From the NCBI RefSeq assembly GCF_004010195.1, contig NC_057720.1, positions 16,881,043 through 16,945,042 of the forward strand: a stretch of 64,000 bases of DNA, written 5' to 3'. The notes under the pieces were generated by a model. It did no database searches, was not told the origin of the DNA, and saw only the letters and a list, made by a program, of their open reading frames with translations. The position numbers were made by a program, and so were the translations under genes. The DNA comes from Chiloscyllium plagiosum (taxonomy: Eukaryota). Shown piece after piece: positions 1 through 14,222 of the stretch; the first letter of the stretch is position 1; the number at the start of each line of letters is the position of its first letter.

Positions 1-175
1 TGGATGGTCTGGGAGATGGTGGTTTGGTGGTGGAGGGTGGGGTCATGGTCAAGGGGGCAGTAGGAGGAGGTATCTGCAAGTTGGCATTTGGCCTCAGCGG
101 TGTAAAGGTCGGTGCGCCAAACTACTACCGCGCCTCCCTTGTCTGCTGGTTTGATAGTGAGGTTGGGGTTGCAAG
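1..175 (-). mobile_element. Penelope-like element RT-region fragment
   Basis: The reverse complement resembles the Penelope copy around 40830-40910 (CCTCCTACTGCCCCCTTGACCATGACCCCACC...ATCTCCCAGACC). Confidence 0.65.
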
Positions 176-199
176 TAATCGGACAGAAAGTATGGAAAA

Positions 200-3100
200 G
201 GTCAGAAATCTAACTTCAGGCACAGCAGATAAGGAGACAACTATGAGAAGGAGAGTGGTCAGTGCAGGACTGAGGGTATTGTATGTAAATGTGTGCAGTA
301 TGCAATACATGGTAAATGAGCTTGTAGCACAGATTGAAATTGGAGGTTTTGTGGGCATCACAGACTGGCTGCAAGGAGCTCAAGGCTGGGAACTAAATAT
401 CCAAGGATATGTGTCCCATCAAAAGACGGGCAAATGGCCAAAGGGAGTAGTTTAGTAAGAGATGAAATTAAATCAATAGCAAGAAATGATATAGAGTCTG
501 AGAGTGTAGAATCCATGTGGGTAGAGTTGAGGAACCACAAAGGGAAAAAACCCTGATGCAAGATATATACAGGCCCCTCAGGATGTGGGGCAGAAAATAA
601 ATCAGGAGATAGAAAGGCATGTAAGACAGGCACTATTACAATAATCATGGGGACTTCAATATGCAGATAGACTAGAGAAAATCAGTTGGTAGTGGATCCA
701 TGAAAAGGAATTTGTGGGATATCTATGAGATTTTGTTTTGGAGCAGTTTGTGATTGAGCCCACAAGGGAACTTGCAGTTCTGGATTTTGGATGTGTAATG
801 AAGCAGACATAATTAAGAAGCTTAAAGTGAAGGAACGCCTCTGGGACAGTGACCACAATATGATAGAATTTACCCTGCAATTTGAAAGGTAGAAGCTGGA
901 ATCAAAGGTATTACAATTGAGTAAAGACATGAATAAAGGCACTACATGGACGTGGGGAAGGAGCTGCCTGAGTTGAGTAGAATGCAAGCCTGGCAGGGAA
1001 GACCATGGAGGAACAATGGCAAGAGTTTCTGGTGATAATTCAGGAGGCACAGTAGAAATTCATTCCAAGGACAAAGAAACATGCTAAGGGGAGGATGAAG
1101 CAACTATTGTTGACAACGGAAGTCAGGGACAGCATGAAAGCAAAAGAAAAAGCGTGCAATGTGGTGAAGATTACTGGGAGTCCAAAGGATTGGGAAGCCT
1201 TTAAAAACCAGCAGAGAACAACTTAAAAAAAGGGAGAAAAGATTAAACATGAGGGTAAGCTAGTTAGTAATATGAAAGAAGATTGTTTTTCAATATATAA
1301 AAGGTAAGAGCGATGCAAGAGTGAACATTGGACCACTAGAAAATGAAACTCAAGAAGTAGTACTGGTGATCAAAAAATGATGGAGGAAATGAATAGGCAT
1401 TTTGCATCAATCTTCATGATGGAAGATATGAGTAGCATGCCAGAACTTCAAGAGAGTCGGGGGTTGAGATAAATGTAGTGGTCATCACTAAGGAGAAGGT
1501 GCTGGGGAAGCTGAAAGGTAGATAAATTACTCGAACTAGAAGGACTATATCCCAGGGTTTTGAAGGAGCCAGCTGAGGTATTTGTGGAAACATTGGTAGT
1601 GATCTTTCAAGAATCACTGGATTTAGGGAGAGTGATAGAGGACAAAGTTGTTAATGTAACATCCCTGTTTATGAAGGGAGGGAGTCAGAAAACAGGAAAC
1701 AATCGGTCAGTTAGCCTGACCTTGATTGTTGGTGTGATTTTAGTGTTCACTATTGTTATGAAGATGTGGGTGTACTGTACCTTTTAAGAGTGTTAAAAGC
1801 TAACAAAACCTACCTGACAGTACAAAGTGTTCTGCAAAAAGATATAATGTAACATTTGGTCAAACAACTCAATTAACTGATTGCCTGGAGACAAAAACAA
1901 AAACAAATCAGCCAATCAATTTGAATTATACCCCAAAATACCCACCTCCATTCAGGTTTGAATTAAGTATATTGACAATCTTAAAAGCCAGTGACACAAT
2001 CCAATGCTTTAGGGGTATAAGACTGGGTAAAATTGAACAGTTGAGAGGAGAACTGTCAAGCTACCAGCATGTAAAGACTGCCTGGAAAATAGATCTCTTA
2101 AAGGCGCCTTTATCCACCAGTAACCTGTAAAGCAGAATCCCCAAGAAGAAGAAAAGAAGAACCGAAAGCTGCCTGGTTTTGAGATAAGAAGTTTTGCTTT
2201 GTAAATCTTAATTGAGAGTTTTATTGGACTAGAATTGTGGAAGGTGAAGGTCAAAGATAGGTTAGAGGAAGGAGTTGTAAATAGTTGTTAGTTAATTATT
2301 CTCTGTTATACTTTAAGAAATAAAGTTGTTGATTTTTACTTTAAATATTTCTTGGCCACTCGAATTTTTTCAGATTACTGCATGGTATAAAGCTTTTCTG
2401 TATTGCTTGTAAATTAAACAGAAGGGCTTACCCCGTGTTGTAACACTATTAAGCATGAGATTGGTGAGTACTTGGAAATGCATAGTAAAATAGGGTAGAG
2501 CAGCATGGCTTCATCAAGGGGAGGTTACAAATCTATTTGAATTCTTTGAGATAATGAGCAAGTTAGAAAAGCAGAGCCAGTGGACGTGATAAATTTGGAT
2601 TTCCAGAAGTCTTTGATAAGGAGAGTGCAAAATAAGATAAGAGCCCATGGTGTTAGGGGCAAGATACTGACATGGATTGAAGATTGGCTGACTGGTAGAA
2701 GTGGGATAAAGGAATCTTTCTCGGGATGTCGGCCGGTGCCTAGTGGAGTTCTGCAGGGGTCAGTGATGGGGACTACAACTATTCACGTTATACATTAACA
2801 ATTTGGATGAACAAACTGAGGGCATTGTTGCTAAGTTTGTAGATAACATAAAGATAGGTGGAGTAACAGGTAGTGTTGAGGAAGTAGGGAGGCTGCAGAA
2901 GAGCTTGGATAAATTAAGAGAATGGGCAAAGAAGTGGCAGTGGAATTCAACTTGGGGGAAGGCTTTGGCAATCTGAAACATAAAGGGACTTGGGAGTCTT
3001 AGTTCGGGATCCTCTTAAGGTTAGCATGCAGGTTCAGTTGGCAGTTAGGAAGCCGAGTGCAATTTTAGCATTCATTTCAGGAGGGTTGGAATACAGAGCA

Positions 3101-3690
3101 GAGATATACTGTTGAGATTGTATAAAGCTCTGGTCAGACCATATTTAGAATATTGTGAGCAGTTTTGGGCCCTGTACAAAAGGAAGGACATGCTGGCCTT
3201 GGAGGGGGCTCCAGAAAAGGTTTACAAGTATGATCCTGAGGATGAAGGGCTTGTCATATAAGATGCTGTTGAGGTCTTTGTGTCTGTGCTCAGAGTTTAG
3301 AAGGATGAGGAGGGACCTGATTGAGAATTAATAGAATTCTAAGAGGTCTGGATAGAATGGATGTAGAGAAGATGTTTCTCGGACACGAGGACCCAAGTGC
3401 CTCGCCTCAGAGTGAAAGGATGATCATTTAGAATTGAGACGAGGAATTTCTTCAGCAGGGGGTAGTGAATCTGTGGAACTCATTACGAAAAAAGGCTGTG
3501 GAGGCCCAGTCATTGAAGATATTTAAGACCAAGAAAATTTGTTCGTAATTGGTAAGGGTATCAAAGTTTATTGGGGAGAAGACAGGAGAATCAGTTTGAG
3601 AAATATCAGCCATGATTGAATGGCAGAGCAGTCTTGATTGGCTGAATGGCCTAAATGCGCCCCAAAATCTTATGTTTCTGGCTAAATTCA
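200..3690 (+). mobile_element. Degenerate CR1-type LINE (ORF2 endonuclease to RT and 3' end), interrupted by a solo LTR
   Basis: Fragmented ORF2 motifs: LRVLYVNVCSM, GITDWL, SDHN, VSLTLIVG, LDFQK, SGVLQGSV. CR1-like 3' end near 3600-3690. Confidence 0.85.
1754..2445. mobile_element. Solo LTR (Gypsy-type)
   Basis: TGTTATG...TGTAACA termini with a 4-bp target duplication CTAT (1750-1753 and 2446-2449). The host CR1 resumes afterwards. Confidence 0.85.
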
Positions 3691-3774
3691 TACCTAGCAC
3701 AAGGGAAGATGGTTGTGGATGAGGTCAATTATCTCCGCAGGAATTCCCTCAAGTAAATATTTGCTAATCAACCA

Positions 3775-3876
3775 GATTTGAGATGTCATTAAACTTTCTC
3801 TGGAGCAGATAGGGCTTGAACCTAGGTCTCCTGGGTCAGAGGTAAGGACACTACCACTACACCAAAAGAGCCCCAT
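3775..3876 (-). mobile_element. Short tRNA-derived SINE (further copies at ~9100-9210 + and ~58865-58975 +)
   Basis: A-box-like TGGTGTAGTGG and B-box-like GGTTCAAGCC, plus a shared tail resembling CTGAACAGGTTGATTAGAA in three dispersed copies. Confidence 0.6.
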
Positions 3877-3879
3877 GGT

Positions 3880-4660
3880 TCTTCAGAGTAGTGTCTTAGG
3901 TCCAACAATCCTGAACTGTATCACCAATGACCTTCCTTCCATCATATGGTCAGAAGAGTGAGGTTTCACTGCAAGATGTTCAACACCATTCCAGACTCAT
4001 CAGATACTGTACTGAAGCAGTCCATTCCATATGCAGCAAGACTTTGACAATATCCTCACTAGAGGTGATAAGTATCAAGTAAGAATTGTGCCATACAAGT
4101 GCCAGACAATGACCATCTCCAACAAGAGAGAATATAATTATTGCCCTTGATGTTCAATTCCATTAGCATAAGTGAGTCCCCATTATCAACATCATGAGGA
4201 TTACCGTTGACCAAAAACTGTACAGGCCAACCCATATTAATATTGTGGCTATGGGAGCAAGTCAGAGGTGAGGAATATAACAGTGCCTAACCTACCTCCT
4301 GTCTCTCCGAAGCCTGTCCACCATCTACAAGGCACAAGTCAAAATATCATGAAGTATTCTCCACTTGTCTGGTTGAGAGCAGCTCCAATAACAACAAAGA
4401 TGCCTGACACAGTTCAAGAAAAAGCAGCATGCTTAATTCACATCCAAACTGTCATCTCCAACATTCACTCCCTCCACCATCAATGCAGAGTGGCAGCAGT
4501 GCATACCATCTTACAAGGTACACTGCAGAAATTCATCTTTGCTCATTACATGACATCTTCCAAACCCACTGCATTTCTTACCTGGAAAGACAAAGGCATC
4601 AGATGTGTGGGAACACCACCACCTGCAAGTTCTCCTCCAAGCCACTCACTATCATGTGTC
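3880..4660 (+). mobile_element. Second LINE family (CR1/L2-group, clade uncertain), RT C-terminal fragment
   Basis: Translates to QQDFDNI...PYKCQTMTISNKR and MKYSPLVW...DTVQEKAACLI. The same family lies on the - strand at ~9790-10310, ~31340-35460 (interrupted) and ~55230-58030. Confidence 0.65.
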
Positions 4661-4689
4661 ACTGAGTCAAAATCTTGAAAATCCATACC

Positions 4690-5185
4690 TAACACATGCA
4701 TTTACACCACAAGCTGCATCCAAAAGGTTAGGAGCATTGTGGAAGACCCCATACATCCCTCACTCAAACTTTTCTCCCTCCTGCCATCTGGCAGAAGATA
4801 CCAGAGCATTTGGTCTTTCACAGCCAGACTGTGCAACAGTTTCTTCCCCTGAGCCATCACGCTACTTAACACTTATGATCAGACTCTATTCCATCTGAAA
4901 CTCTTTGCACAACTTTGAATTGCTGCTAGAACAATGTTTTATTAATGATCATTCTTTTATTACAGTGTAATTTGTACACCACTGTGGCTATTGTCTTAAC
5001 ATCTCAGGAATTACTGTGCTGTTTTGTGTGTTTTTCATTTCTTATGCACTTTATGCCACCTTGCATATGATCGTGTAGTTTGTGCTGTCCACGTAGCACC
5101 TTATTCCTGGAGGAATACTGTCTTGTTTTTACTGTATCAGTTATATACAGTAGAAATGACAAATAAAGCTACACTTGACTCTTGA
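4690..5185 (+). mobile_element. Rex1/Babar LINE 3' fragment
   Basis: Translates to IVEDPIHPSLKLFSLLPSGRRYQSI...RLCNSFFP*AITLL, the typical Rex1 C-terminus. Ends in AATAAAG...CTTGACTCTTGA. Confidence 0.8.
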
Positions 5186-5825
5186 ACAGCCCCCATGATG
5201 TCCCAACAGCCCAAGGATTGCAGCAGTTCAAGAACCACCAACCACCTCAGGACATTAAGGAAGCACAAATACAAATCCTTCTTTACTTTGCCCCACCCTA
5301 TTTCTGGAATTTCCTCCAGCCATTTACCCTTGTCCATGGCCTTCAGTTAGTAATGGTATCCTGTGTACCTCACCTTCATCCTCTTTACCATGAATCATTC
5401 ACAAATAAGAATCAGAAATGAACTTTTGGGGAAGTAGTTGGCGTGAACTAGCTATTTCTCTTGAAAGAAAGAAGGAAGAAAAATGCACATAACTATGTGA
5501 GATATAATTTAATTTCTCTTAGCAGTAAAATACTGATTATCGTAGAGAACCAATAAACTGCAAAATCACCCGGTTATGTAAAGAGTCTGTACATGATGTA
5601 GCACTATAATTCAGTTGCTTTCAGATCTTCAATCTTTGCTTAATCCTGCTTAATTTTTGCTCAATCTTTGCTTAATCCTTAAATTACTGCTGAATTAGCA
5701 AGAGAAGTTTTACTCAAAATGCAACAGTTAAGGTGGGAGTTATGTCAATTGATTTTAAAATGGTAGTAGCCACCCAAACATTTATCCTGCATTCCTTAAA
5801 ACTTTAGAATCTATACTGTCATGAT

Positions 5826-6040
5826 TGTAACGAGGTCAGCCAAGTGAGTCTCATTGAATATGAGTTCCCTGAATGGGGATGTTAATCTGGTCCAATCCAG
5901 GGAGTCCTGGATGACACTTATATACAGGGGTGTCAGGAGTTCTGTTCACTCTGAGCTGGTTGGGTCAGTGTCATATACTATCCATACGTAAATAAAGGGT
6001 GACTTGGTGACGGGATATCGGACTTCATGGAGTTATTTCA
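5826..6040 (+). mobile_element. Short solo-LTR-like repeat
   Basis: TG...CA ends with an internal AATAAA. A related copy is at ~28726-29109. Confidence 0.55.
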
Positions 6041-9000
6041 TCTACCACTTCAAATTTGATTTAATAATATAAAAGCAGACATTTTTGAAATGCTGTAAAA
6101 ATAAAACAGCATTTTAAAGAGGAAGATGAGTTAATGTTCCAGGTGAAATCCAGTTTTGACAAAACCCAAAACTTCAACCTGTATTTTTCCCGATGCTGTT
6201 GGTTTTCTTTGCATTTCTAGCATTCCTTGTTTTTGTTGGCTCTGAACCTTGTTTTTGCACCATTGTTCATAATTTTCAACTCATGGTTTCAATGTAGAAG
6301 GCTTGCAAAAGAGCGGTGAAGTTTTGATTACCCAAGAGGATAACCGCTAGGAAGTTTATTTTACTTTTTCTAAAATAATATTGTTTTTGCAGTGAACACA
6401 GCTGGAGCTGTGTTTTCATCAAAGCCCAACTCCAATTCGAAGTTTCAATGAAAATTTGAGAAGGAAAAAATTCTTTTAAGATGTTTTTGGGTCAACACTG
6501 GGAGCAGAATCTTATGCTGATGCTGAAGGTGGGAAGAAGGCTGGAACGAGGGAGAGAAATTAAAAATTGCACAAGAGGCCCAAAATCAGACTTATGATGA
6601 CAGGATGAAAGTTTGAAATTACGATTCCAAACTCTAAAGCTTCCCCATGAAAAGCATCAGGAAGCCCTTATGTCTGTATTTGCTTTGTTTTGCATAGTCA
6701 CCAGAAAGCCAGCTCACCAAGAATAAAGTTTCCCTTTCCAATTATGTCTTTCATAACCAAGCAGTCTGTACCTTCAGATGCACAACTGCATATAGGTGGT
6801 GTGCACCAGGCATGGTAGTCACCTTTCTGGACTTTGTAATGAGCAGCTATTGCTTTGGCCTCGTTTGGTAGTGGGCACATATGCCACAACATGATTGAGA
6901 TCAGGTGGCGGCAGGTACATGGGGTTCAGAGACTGGGCACAGGTTGGCCAAGAGTGGAAGTCTGTCGAGGGAAGAAAGGCGTGCTAACCAAGGAAGGATC
7001 GAAGGATTTTAGATAATGAGAGTGGTATTGCTATATGTGAGAGGGGTTTCACAGGCAAGGATCGTGGTTGAGGATTGAACCTGAAGAGCAGGGTTGATGG
7101 AATGCTGGGGATTAAACTGAGGATAGTGGGAAGCAGATGGGAAAATGACAGTAATGTCGGGTGGATGACACATTAACATGGGAGTACAGCATCATGCAGA
7201 AAATGGGGATCTCTCCAAAGATGGCAGACCAGATGGCTTTGACAATGTAGGGGCTCAGTGTAAGTGGACATGGGAATAGTGATAGGTGTAGGCTCAGGAG
7301 GAAGAGCAGCAATGTGGACAGTTATTATAATGGGGTCCAGTGATATAGGAGGATGGTTGGTGGGTGACAGAGCAGATAGGAAGCAGGTGAGCATCTTTCT
7401 CATCATTAGCTCAGATCACAGTTCTTTGTTAATAGTGAATAGTCAACTTGAGAGTAGGGCTTTTCAACATGGATTGAGTTACTGGTGTGCTCCATTGGCC
7501 AACTAAGATAAGCACTAATAGTAACGATTCAACTGGTTAAGAATCATCCTAAAATGTATTCTCCTCTCTGTGGTGAAGAGGACTGGACAGCAGTTTTGCT
7601 CCATACCGCATTATTATATAAAGATCTCAGCAAGGTTAGGAGCTGCAGTGAAGTTTGAGCAAAAGGACATCATGTTGGTTGAGTCAGGGATGGTGGGAGT
7701 GAGGGAGGGACTATGAAGCTCCATGGGATCTGGGTGAGAGACAGCAATGACATGTTGGTTTAGAACTTGATGGATGGATGTCATTGTTGATGAGGGGATG
7801 GGTAGTATGTCTGTGATGGCAGGTCAAGGGCCTCTTGTATGTTTCTCAAGGGTGATGGAGAAAGCAGAATAGTGTTTTAAAGGAGAGTGTGTAGATATGG
7901 CCTTCATTACCCTGGTCAATGTGATATGTCTCCCCATAGTGAGGTGAGGGAGGTTAGGGGTGTTTTGATGCTACTTTACATGGCTGCCCATTGGCTGAAA
8001 TGATCAGAGATGAACAAAAAGCTTCACACATTATGCTGAACAGATTGATCCCTGAAATGTTTTCATTGATCTCTGTCTTGGTAGAGACAAATAAATATTA
8101 ACTTTTCCTAACTAGCATCTGGCCATGGGCCAAGTACAATAAACAGCAGAGCAGCAAGAGGAAACAGCCTCACTGAAATGAAAATGGGGTGAACACAACC
8201 CTAAGGATTAGTTTATGGGTTCCCATGCCTACAATTCTCAAATGATACCTGATATTTAGTATGGCACATAGCAGAAAACTCAGATGCCACTGCTGAGGAT
8301 GTGGCACCAATAAATGGTTCATCGAAGGCATATATCTACTGAGAATGATAGTGAACAAAATGAAATATCATGATCCATGTACATCATTATTGTAGCAACT
8401 AGAAACAAACAGCAACATACATAAATGAAGCACAATTTACAAATGAGATTTATGTGTACCATGATTATGTATACCTGTGCCACTGATGTGACTTTAACAT
8501 TTCTTTCTTTTTTGTGCACATCCGGGCACGGTCCCAAGACTGACATCCAAAGTGGAGGCAACCTATTGACTGCTCTGCCTTGTTGGCTTTAGTGCGCATC
8601 CTCTGCTGCTCTGAGGTCAAGAGGGGCCCTGCCTCCTGAGAGTTTTCTGCACATGTGCAGGTCAATACTCATTAGTTTAATTTGCTAGAGTGGTCACTTG
8701 GAGTGGGAACGTGGAATGGAAGGCCACCTTGGGAGAGACCTGGGGTGCATGGCTTTCTCTGCATTTCCAACAGGTTCCTTCAGCCCAGATGCAGAGATGT
8801 GTCACTTGCAAGGGGCTCAACCATTGGCCTCATCTTCTCCATTCCTCCAGGAACCTCAACTCTTAAACTTCCATCAACTCTGGACCCATGTCTGTGATGT
8901 AAGCCATAAGTTATAGAAGCAGAATAAGGCCATTCGGCCCATTGAGTTTTTCTGCTGTACTCATACGGAAGGGTGTGTCATCTCAGTGGGTGCATGAATG

Positions 9001-11974
9001 GTTTCTGAGCATGCATGTCAACAACTACTCTTCAGTCCTATCCAGTCAGTAACTAATGACTGTGATGACCTGCAACTGATACAATACTCAAAACATAAGG
9101 GCTCATGGTATGGTGATAGTGACCCTACCCTGAGACAGGAGACCCAAATTCAAGTCCCACTTGCTCCAGGTATGCAATAGCATTCCTGAACAGATTGATT
9201 AGAACATATCAATTCACAATGTAAAGTGGCTGACACACTTCAGTCCATATATTCTATCTGCTGCTAAGGCTTACATGTGATCTTCCTATCTGATATCTAT
9301 GTGCAGTTTCACAGTTACACTGCCTAATGCTCCTATGAACGACTATACAGTGCCACTTCTCTTTGCAGAGTGTAGTAATACATCTTCTTTTGGCATTGCA
9401 ACAGTTGCTATAGAAGTACTATTCCAATATTTTTAAAAAGAAAGCTTTGTTGTTCTGCATTGTTGGAATGTGTTACAACAACATGCTTCAGAGAACAATA
9501 GACAGAAGGACCTCAAATATTCAGTGGTTTGCCAAAATACCTGACCTCCAGATCTTCCTTGTTATTCTATTGTTCATAAAGTTGAAGTCAGGGAGAATAT
9601 TCTGATTCTGTTAAAATGGAATTCCAGGATTTCAAGTGAAGGAAAGGCAAAATGGTTCCAAATCAAGACGTGTGGAGGATGTGAAGCAGAAGGGTTATTG
9701 GACCTGAAACATTAACTCAGTTTTCTCTCCATAGATGTTTCCAGACCTGCTGAGTTTTTCCAGCAATTTCTATTTATGCTTGTGTGTAAGTTGTAATGTG
9801 GAGTCAATCTTCCCATTGGCGGTGTCCCTATGAATCCGCTGCCCTTGTCCTCAGTGATGGAGATGACGGGTTTGAAAGTTACTGCTGAAGGAATCTTCAT
9901 GAGGCTTTGCTGCTTAACTTGCAGATGCCACCCATTACTGCCACTGGGCATCAGAATTGAATAAAACTGTTAGACTAGATACCAATCAAGCGGTCCAGTT
10001 TGCCTGGAATGGTGCTGAACTCTTTTTCAGTGTGGTTGATTCCAGGCATCATCCAGGCAAGTGGGGAGAATTCCATTACATTCCTGACTTGTGCCTTGCA
10101 GATGGTGGATAGGTGATGAGTTATATGCCCCACTACTGCCATCCTCTGACCTGCTCATGTACAGATAATATTTATATTACTGATCCATTTATATTTCTTG
10201 TCAAAGACAAACCCCAGGATGTTGATAGTGTGGATTCTGCAATGGCAATTATGTTGAACATCAAGTGGCAATGGTCAATGCCTGGCCCCTGTGTAGTGTG
10301 AATATTACTGACAGATGGATTTCAATTATTGGAAATGTGATATAAACCGTAGTATTGTGCAATGAACTTGAGCATCGCCACTATTTTTTGTGGAATGAAG
10401 AAGTATTTGTGATTGAGGGTAAGTAAGCTTTTACTCAACTATGCTTAAGTTTTTGTACTTTACCTGAGCGTGACTTTTTTTCTATCAAAATGTAATCTGA
10501 CCTGTAAGAAATTTTTGTAAGTTCAGTATTCTCCAGCTAGAGAATTGAATTTTCAATTGATATTATACTTGAATAATTTTCTAATGCAATCCTGCAAGGT
10601 ATCTCTTATATTGCTTTTACAGAAGTAAATTCCTGTTTTAAAATAGTGCACAATGAACTGTAGTACTCTACAAACAAGTTTGCATACCAACTTCATTGCT
10701 TGAAGTTCTAGCCAATAGAAGAATGAGATTCAAATAGTCGAGTAGCTTTTACCCATATGTGTTTCTTTTGGGTCTCAATTACCTTTCTGGGTCAGGGTCA
10801 TTTCAGAGTCATCTCTTTGTGGGAATTTTACCTTTGGTTAACAACATCCTTCAGGAAATGAAACAAATTAGGTTAAATTATAAAAGCTGCAGTAAGCAGT
10901 GGGTTTTTCCTGTCTGATATTCCATTTTATCCTTGTACTGCCTCCAAGGGCCAAGAGCTTTATTTTCTAAGTTTCCCTACAGTTTCTTCTGGAGTGCTGA
11001 GACAAAGCTGTGTGATGTCAGGATTTCAACCAGACGTGGTACAGTACAAAGGTTAAAATGGTTATACTGCATGGAAGTTCCATACTTTCAATTCTTGGCA
11101 CCATTAAATATAAGTTTTTAATTATTTATTTTCCTCATTTTACTATTTATGATAAGTGTAATTTTTTTTTGTATGTGGCCCACAACTGACTTGTTAGGGT
11201 TTTATATATTTAGCTGCTAAACTGGAAAGTTGTCTGTTTTATAATCATTGTAGACTTTGATTGTTTTGTTCGACAGCTGCTGCTTATTTAACTCCACAGT
11301 GGCTTTCTTGAAAAATGAAGATATTTGTGTATTTAGTAAGGTTTACCAAAATTAATTTTGCATGTTTATCTTTCTTCACTGAGGAAGGATCTACTTGCCT
11401 TAAACAGGGTGCAATGAAAGTTCATTATATTTCCAGGATGGAGGGCATGTTCTGTGAAGAAACATCAAGAATAATGACCAATTGCATTTTGAAGACTGTG
11501 AGGAGATCTAATTGAAAAGTATACATATTTTAGAGACCTTGGCAGGAGAGATGGTGAGAGGCTGCATTGAACCTTAACTCCCAAAAATGGGTCAGTTAGG
11601 GTCATGTCAGAAGTTAAAATGCAAGGAATCTGGAACAAGGAGCAAAATTACCCGTTTCTGGTTTTGAGAGAGACAATGTAAAAAGCTAGCAGCTCACCCA
11701 CTCTTGGGAAACATGTTAACTATCAGCAAAAGATCATAGTAAGGCCCCAGCCATCGTTTTAACAGTACTCTGATGATAGATGTCTGGGTTTCCAGAAATT
11801 GTGGAGAATGAGCCTGGGAAGGACATTTGCTAGGTGAAAGCTTAGCAGGGTGAAGAATAAACCTTAAATAAACACTGTTTGGATCAATAAACCCTACTCA
11901 CAGATCGCCTGAACCCAACCATGGCCCAGAGCAACCCTGGCCTTCTTCTGGCTGCAGTATGGAGGGGAGATGGG

Positions 11975-12325
11975 GAGGTGGTGGCCTGCAGTATTATCAT
12001 TGGACTATTAATCCAGAGACCCTAGCTAATGATCCGCAGACCCAGATTCAAATCCTGCCATGGTAGATGGTACAACTTGAATTCAATAATAACAAATCTG
12101 GGATTAAGAATTTAATGATGATCACAAAACTGTTGATGATTGTAGGAAAAACTCATCTGGTTCACTAATGGCCTCGGGAAAGGAAATCTGCCATCCTTTC
12201 CTGGTCTGGCCTATGTATGACTCCAGACCCATAGCAATGTGGTTGACTCTAAAATGCTTTCTGGGCAATTAGGGATGGTCAATAAATACTGGCCTAGCCA
12301 GTGACACCCATGTCCTGTGAAGGCA
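11975..12325 (+). mobile_element. tRNA-derived SINE, non-HE1 family
   Basis: Body GGTTCACTAATG...GGAAATCTGCCATCC and tail GGGCAATTAGGGATGG.CAATAAAT. Related copies at ~58030-58440 (-) and ~63055-63395 (+). Confidence 0.75.
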
Positions 12326-12939
12326 ATTAAAACAAAGAAGAACACAGGAGCAGCAAGAGCAGGCACAAGAACTCAGACCAGGATGTATTGGCACAAGATC
12401 GAGGAAACCATGGGCCATAGCGAAGCTGAGAGTGAGCCCAAAACAGAAATTACAGACATCACTGCCATCATGACCCACTGGGGGAGTGCCCTGGGCATCA
12501 AGCCCCACTATTCCTGGAATTTTTACAAAAGTTAAAGATCTTAAAATAAGATTTTTAGAATAAGTCATCAATTAACTAAATTTTGAGACCCAGTAAATAG
12601 AAAACATGGGCTAAGTTGGAAATAACATTTATTCCAAGTAATTAGACTCCAGCTACAAGTAAACCTTTATAAACTGTTGACATACAGCACTACAATTTAA
12701 AACTCTGATTCCCTTAGAAACATCTCCTTACACGCACACAGACAGACAGAAAAACAGACAGGGAAAAACCTGTAAGTTCCCCTCCCAGCCACTCACCATC
12801 CTGACTTGGAAATATATCACCATTCCTTCAGTATTGCTGGATCATAATGATAGTGGTTACCTTTGCAGAATGAAGCAGGTTGTTCATCCATTAGATCCAG
12901 GTTGTGGGGAACCCAAGTAAGATAGAGTCAAGGAGCAAT

Positions 12940-13700
12940 AGAATCAAAGAGTAATACAGCATGGAAACTGGCCCTTTGGCCCAAGCTGGTCCATGCTGAC
13001 CATTGTACTCACTCAGCTAGTTCCAATTATCTGCATTTGGTCCATATCCCTCTAAAACCCTTCCCCTCCATATACCTATCCAAATGTTTTTAAAATGTTG
13101 CTGTTGTACCTGCCTCAACCACTTTCTCTGGCAGCCCATTTCACATAGACATCACTCTCTGCGTGAAGAAGTTGCCCCTCAGGTTGTTCTTAAATCTTTG
13201 CCCTCTCACCTTGAACCTATGCTCTCTAGTTTTCAATTCCCCATCCTGGGATAAAAAATATATGCATTCATCCTATTTGTGCCTCTCATGATTTTATGCA
13301 CCTCAATAAGGTCACCTCTCATTCTCCTATGTTCCAAGGAATAGAGTCCTACCCTGGCATCTCCCTATAACTCAGACCTACTAATTCTAGCAACATCCTC
13401 AAAAATCTTCTTTGCACTCGTTCCAGTTCAATTATGTCTTTCCTATTACAGGGTGATCAAAGCTGTACACAATACACCAAATGTGGTTGCACCAATGACT
13501 AATACAACAGCAACATAAGTCCCAACTGCTATAGTCAATGCCCCGATCAATCAAGGCCAGCATGCTAAATGCCTTCTTCACCACCCTGTCCATCTGTGGT
13601 GCTGCTTTCAAAGAACAATGTACTTGTATTCCTAAGTCCCTCTGTTCCACAACACTCCTCAGGACCTTACCATTTACTGTAAAATTCTTTACAAAGTGCA
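12940..13700 (-). mobile_element. CR1 LINE 3' fragment
   Basis: ORF 13432-13701 reads FTVNGKVLRSVVEQRDLGIQVH, followed by a CR1 3' UTR. Confidence 0.85.
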
Positions 13701-14222
13701 CATCTCACATACAGATCTAAGCTGTCACCTCTGTCCAGGCCATCTCATAAGGATGCTAGGGCCTCCTTTATGGATTTGCATACTAGTGTAGTGAAGTCTT
13801 ACTTCAATTGTATAGGAGCTTGATTAGACTGCATTGGGAATACAATGTACAGTTTTAGTCTCCTTAATTCAGGAAAGATATTATTTCCATAGAGGGCGAG
13901 CAACGAAGTTTCACCAGACATGTTCCCAGAATGGCAGGACTACCGAATGAAGAGAGATTGGGAAAACTGTGCTTGTATCTCCAGTTGGTGTTGTGTTGGG
14001 CCCAATGCTGACTCCCTTGATTTTCAGTGATTTTTAACTTAAATATAACAGAGATGATTAAGACATTTGTCAATGATATGATAATTGACAGTAGTATTAT
14101 CCAGAGTGGATGTTGTTATTCTGGATGTGGGGCAAAGAGAAGGGGTGTCCAGAAAAAGAGGTGATGGGGTAAGTGAAAGGCATCAAAGTGTTCAATCAGC
14201 TGTGATTGTATTGAATGGTAGG

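Noticed and set aside
5629..5680. Short duplication TCAATCTTTGCTTAATCCT x2
   Set aside because: It is an ordinary local slippage duplication with no further structure.
6700..9570. Possible ancient Harbinger or L2 remnants (HICH-, RSGG-, ACC-like peptides; purine-rich 7000-7950)
   Set aside because: The matches are only 3-4 residues long and not in a continuous frame, so I cannot support them without a search.
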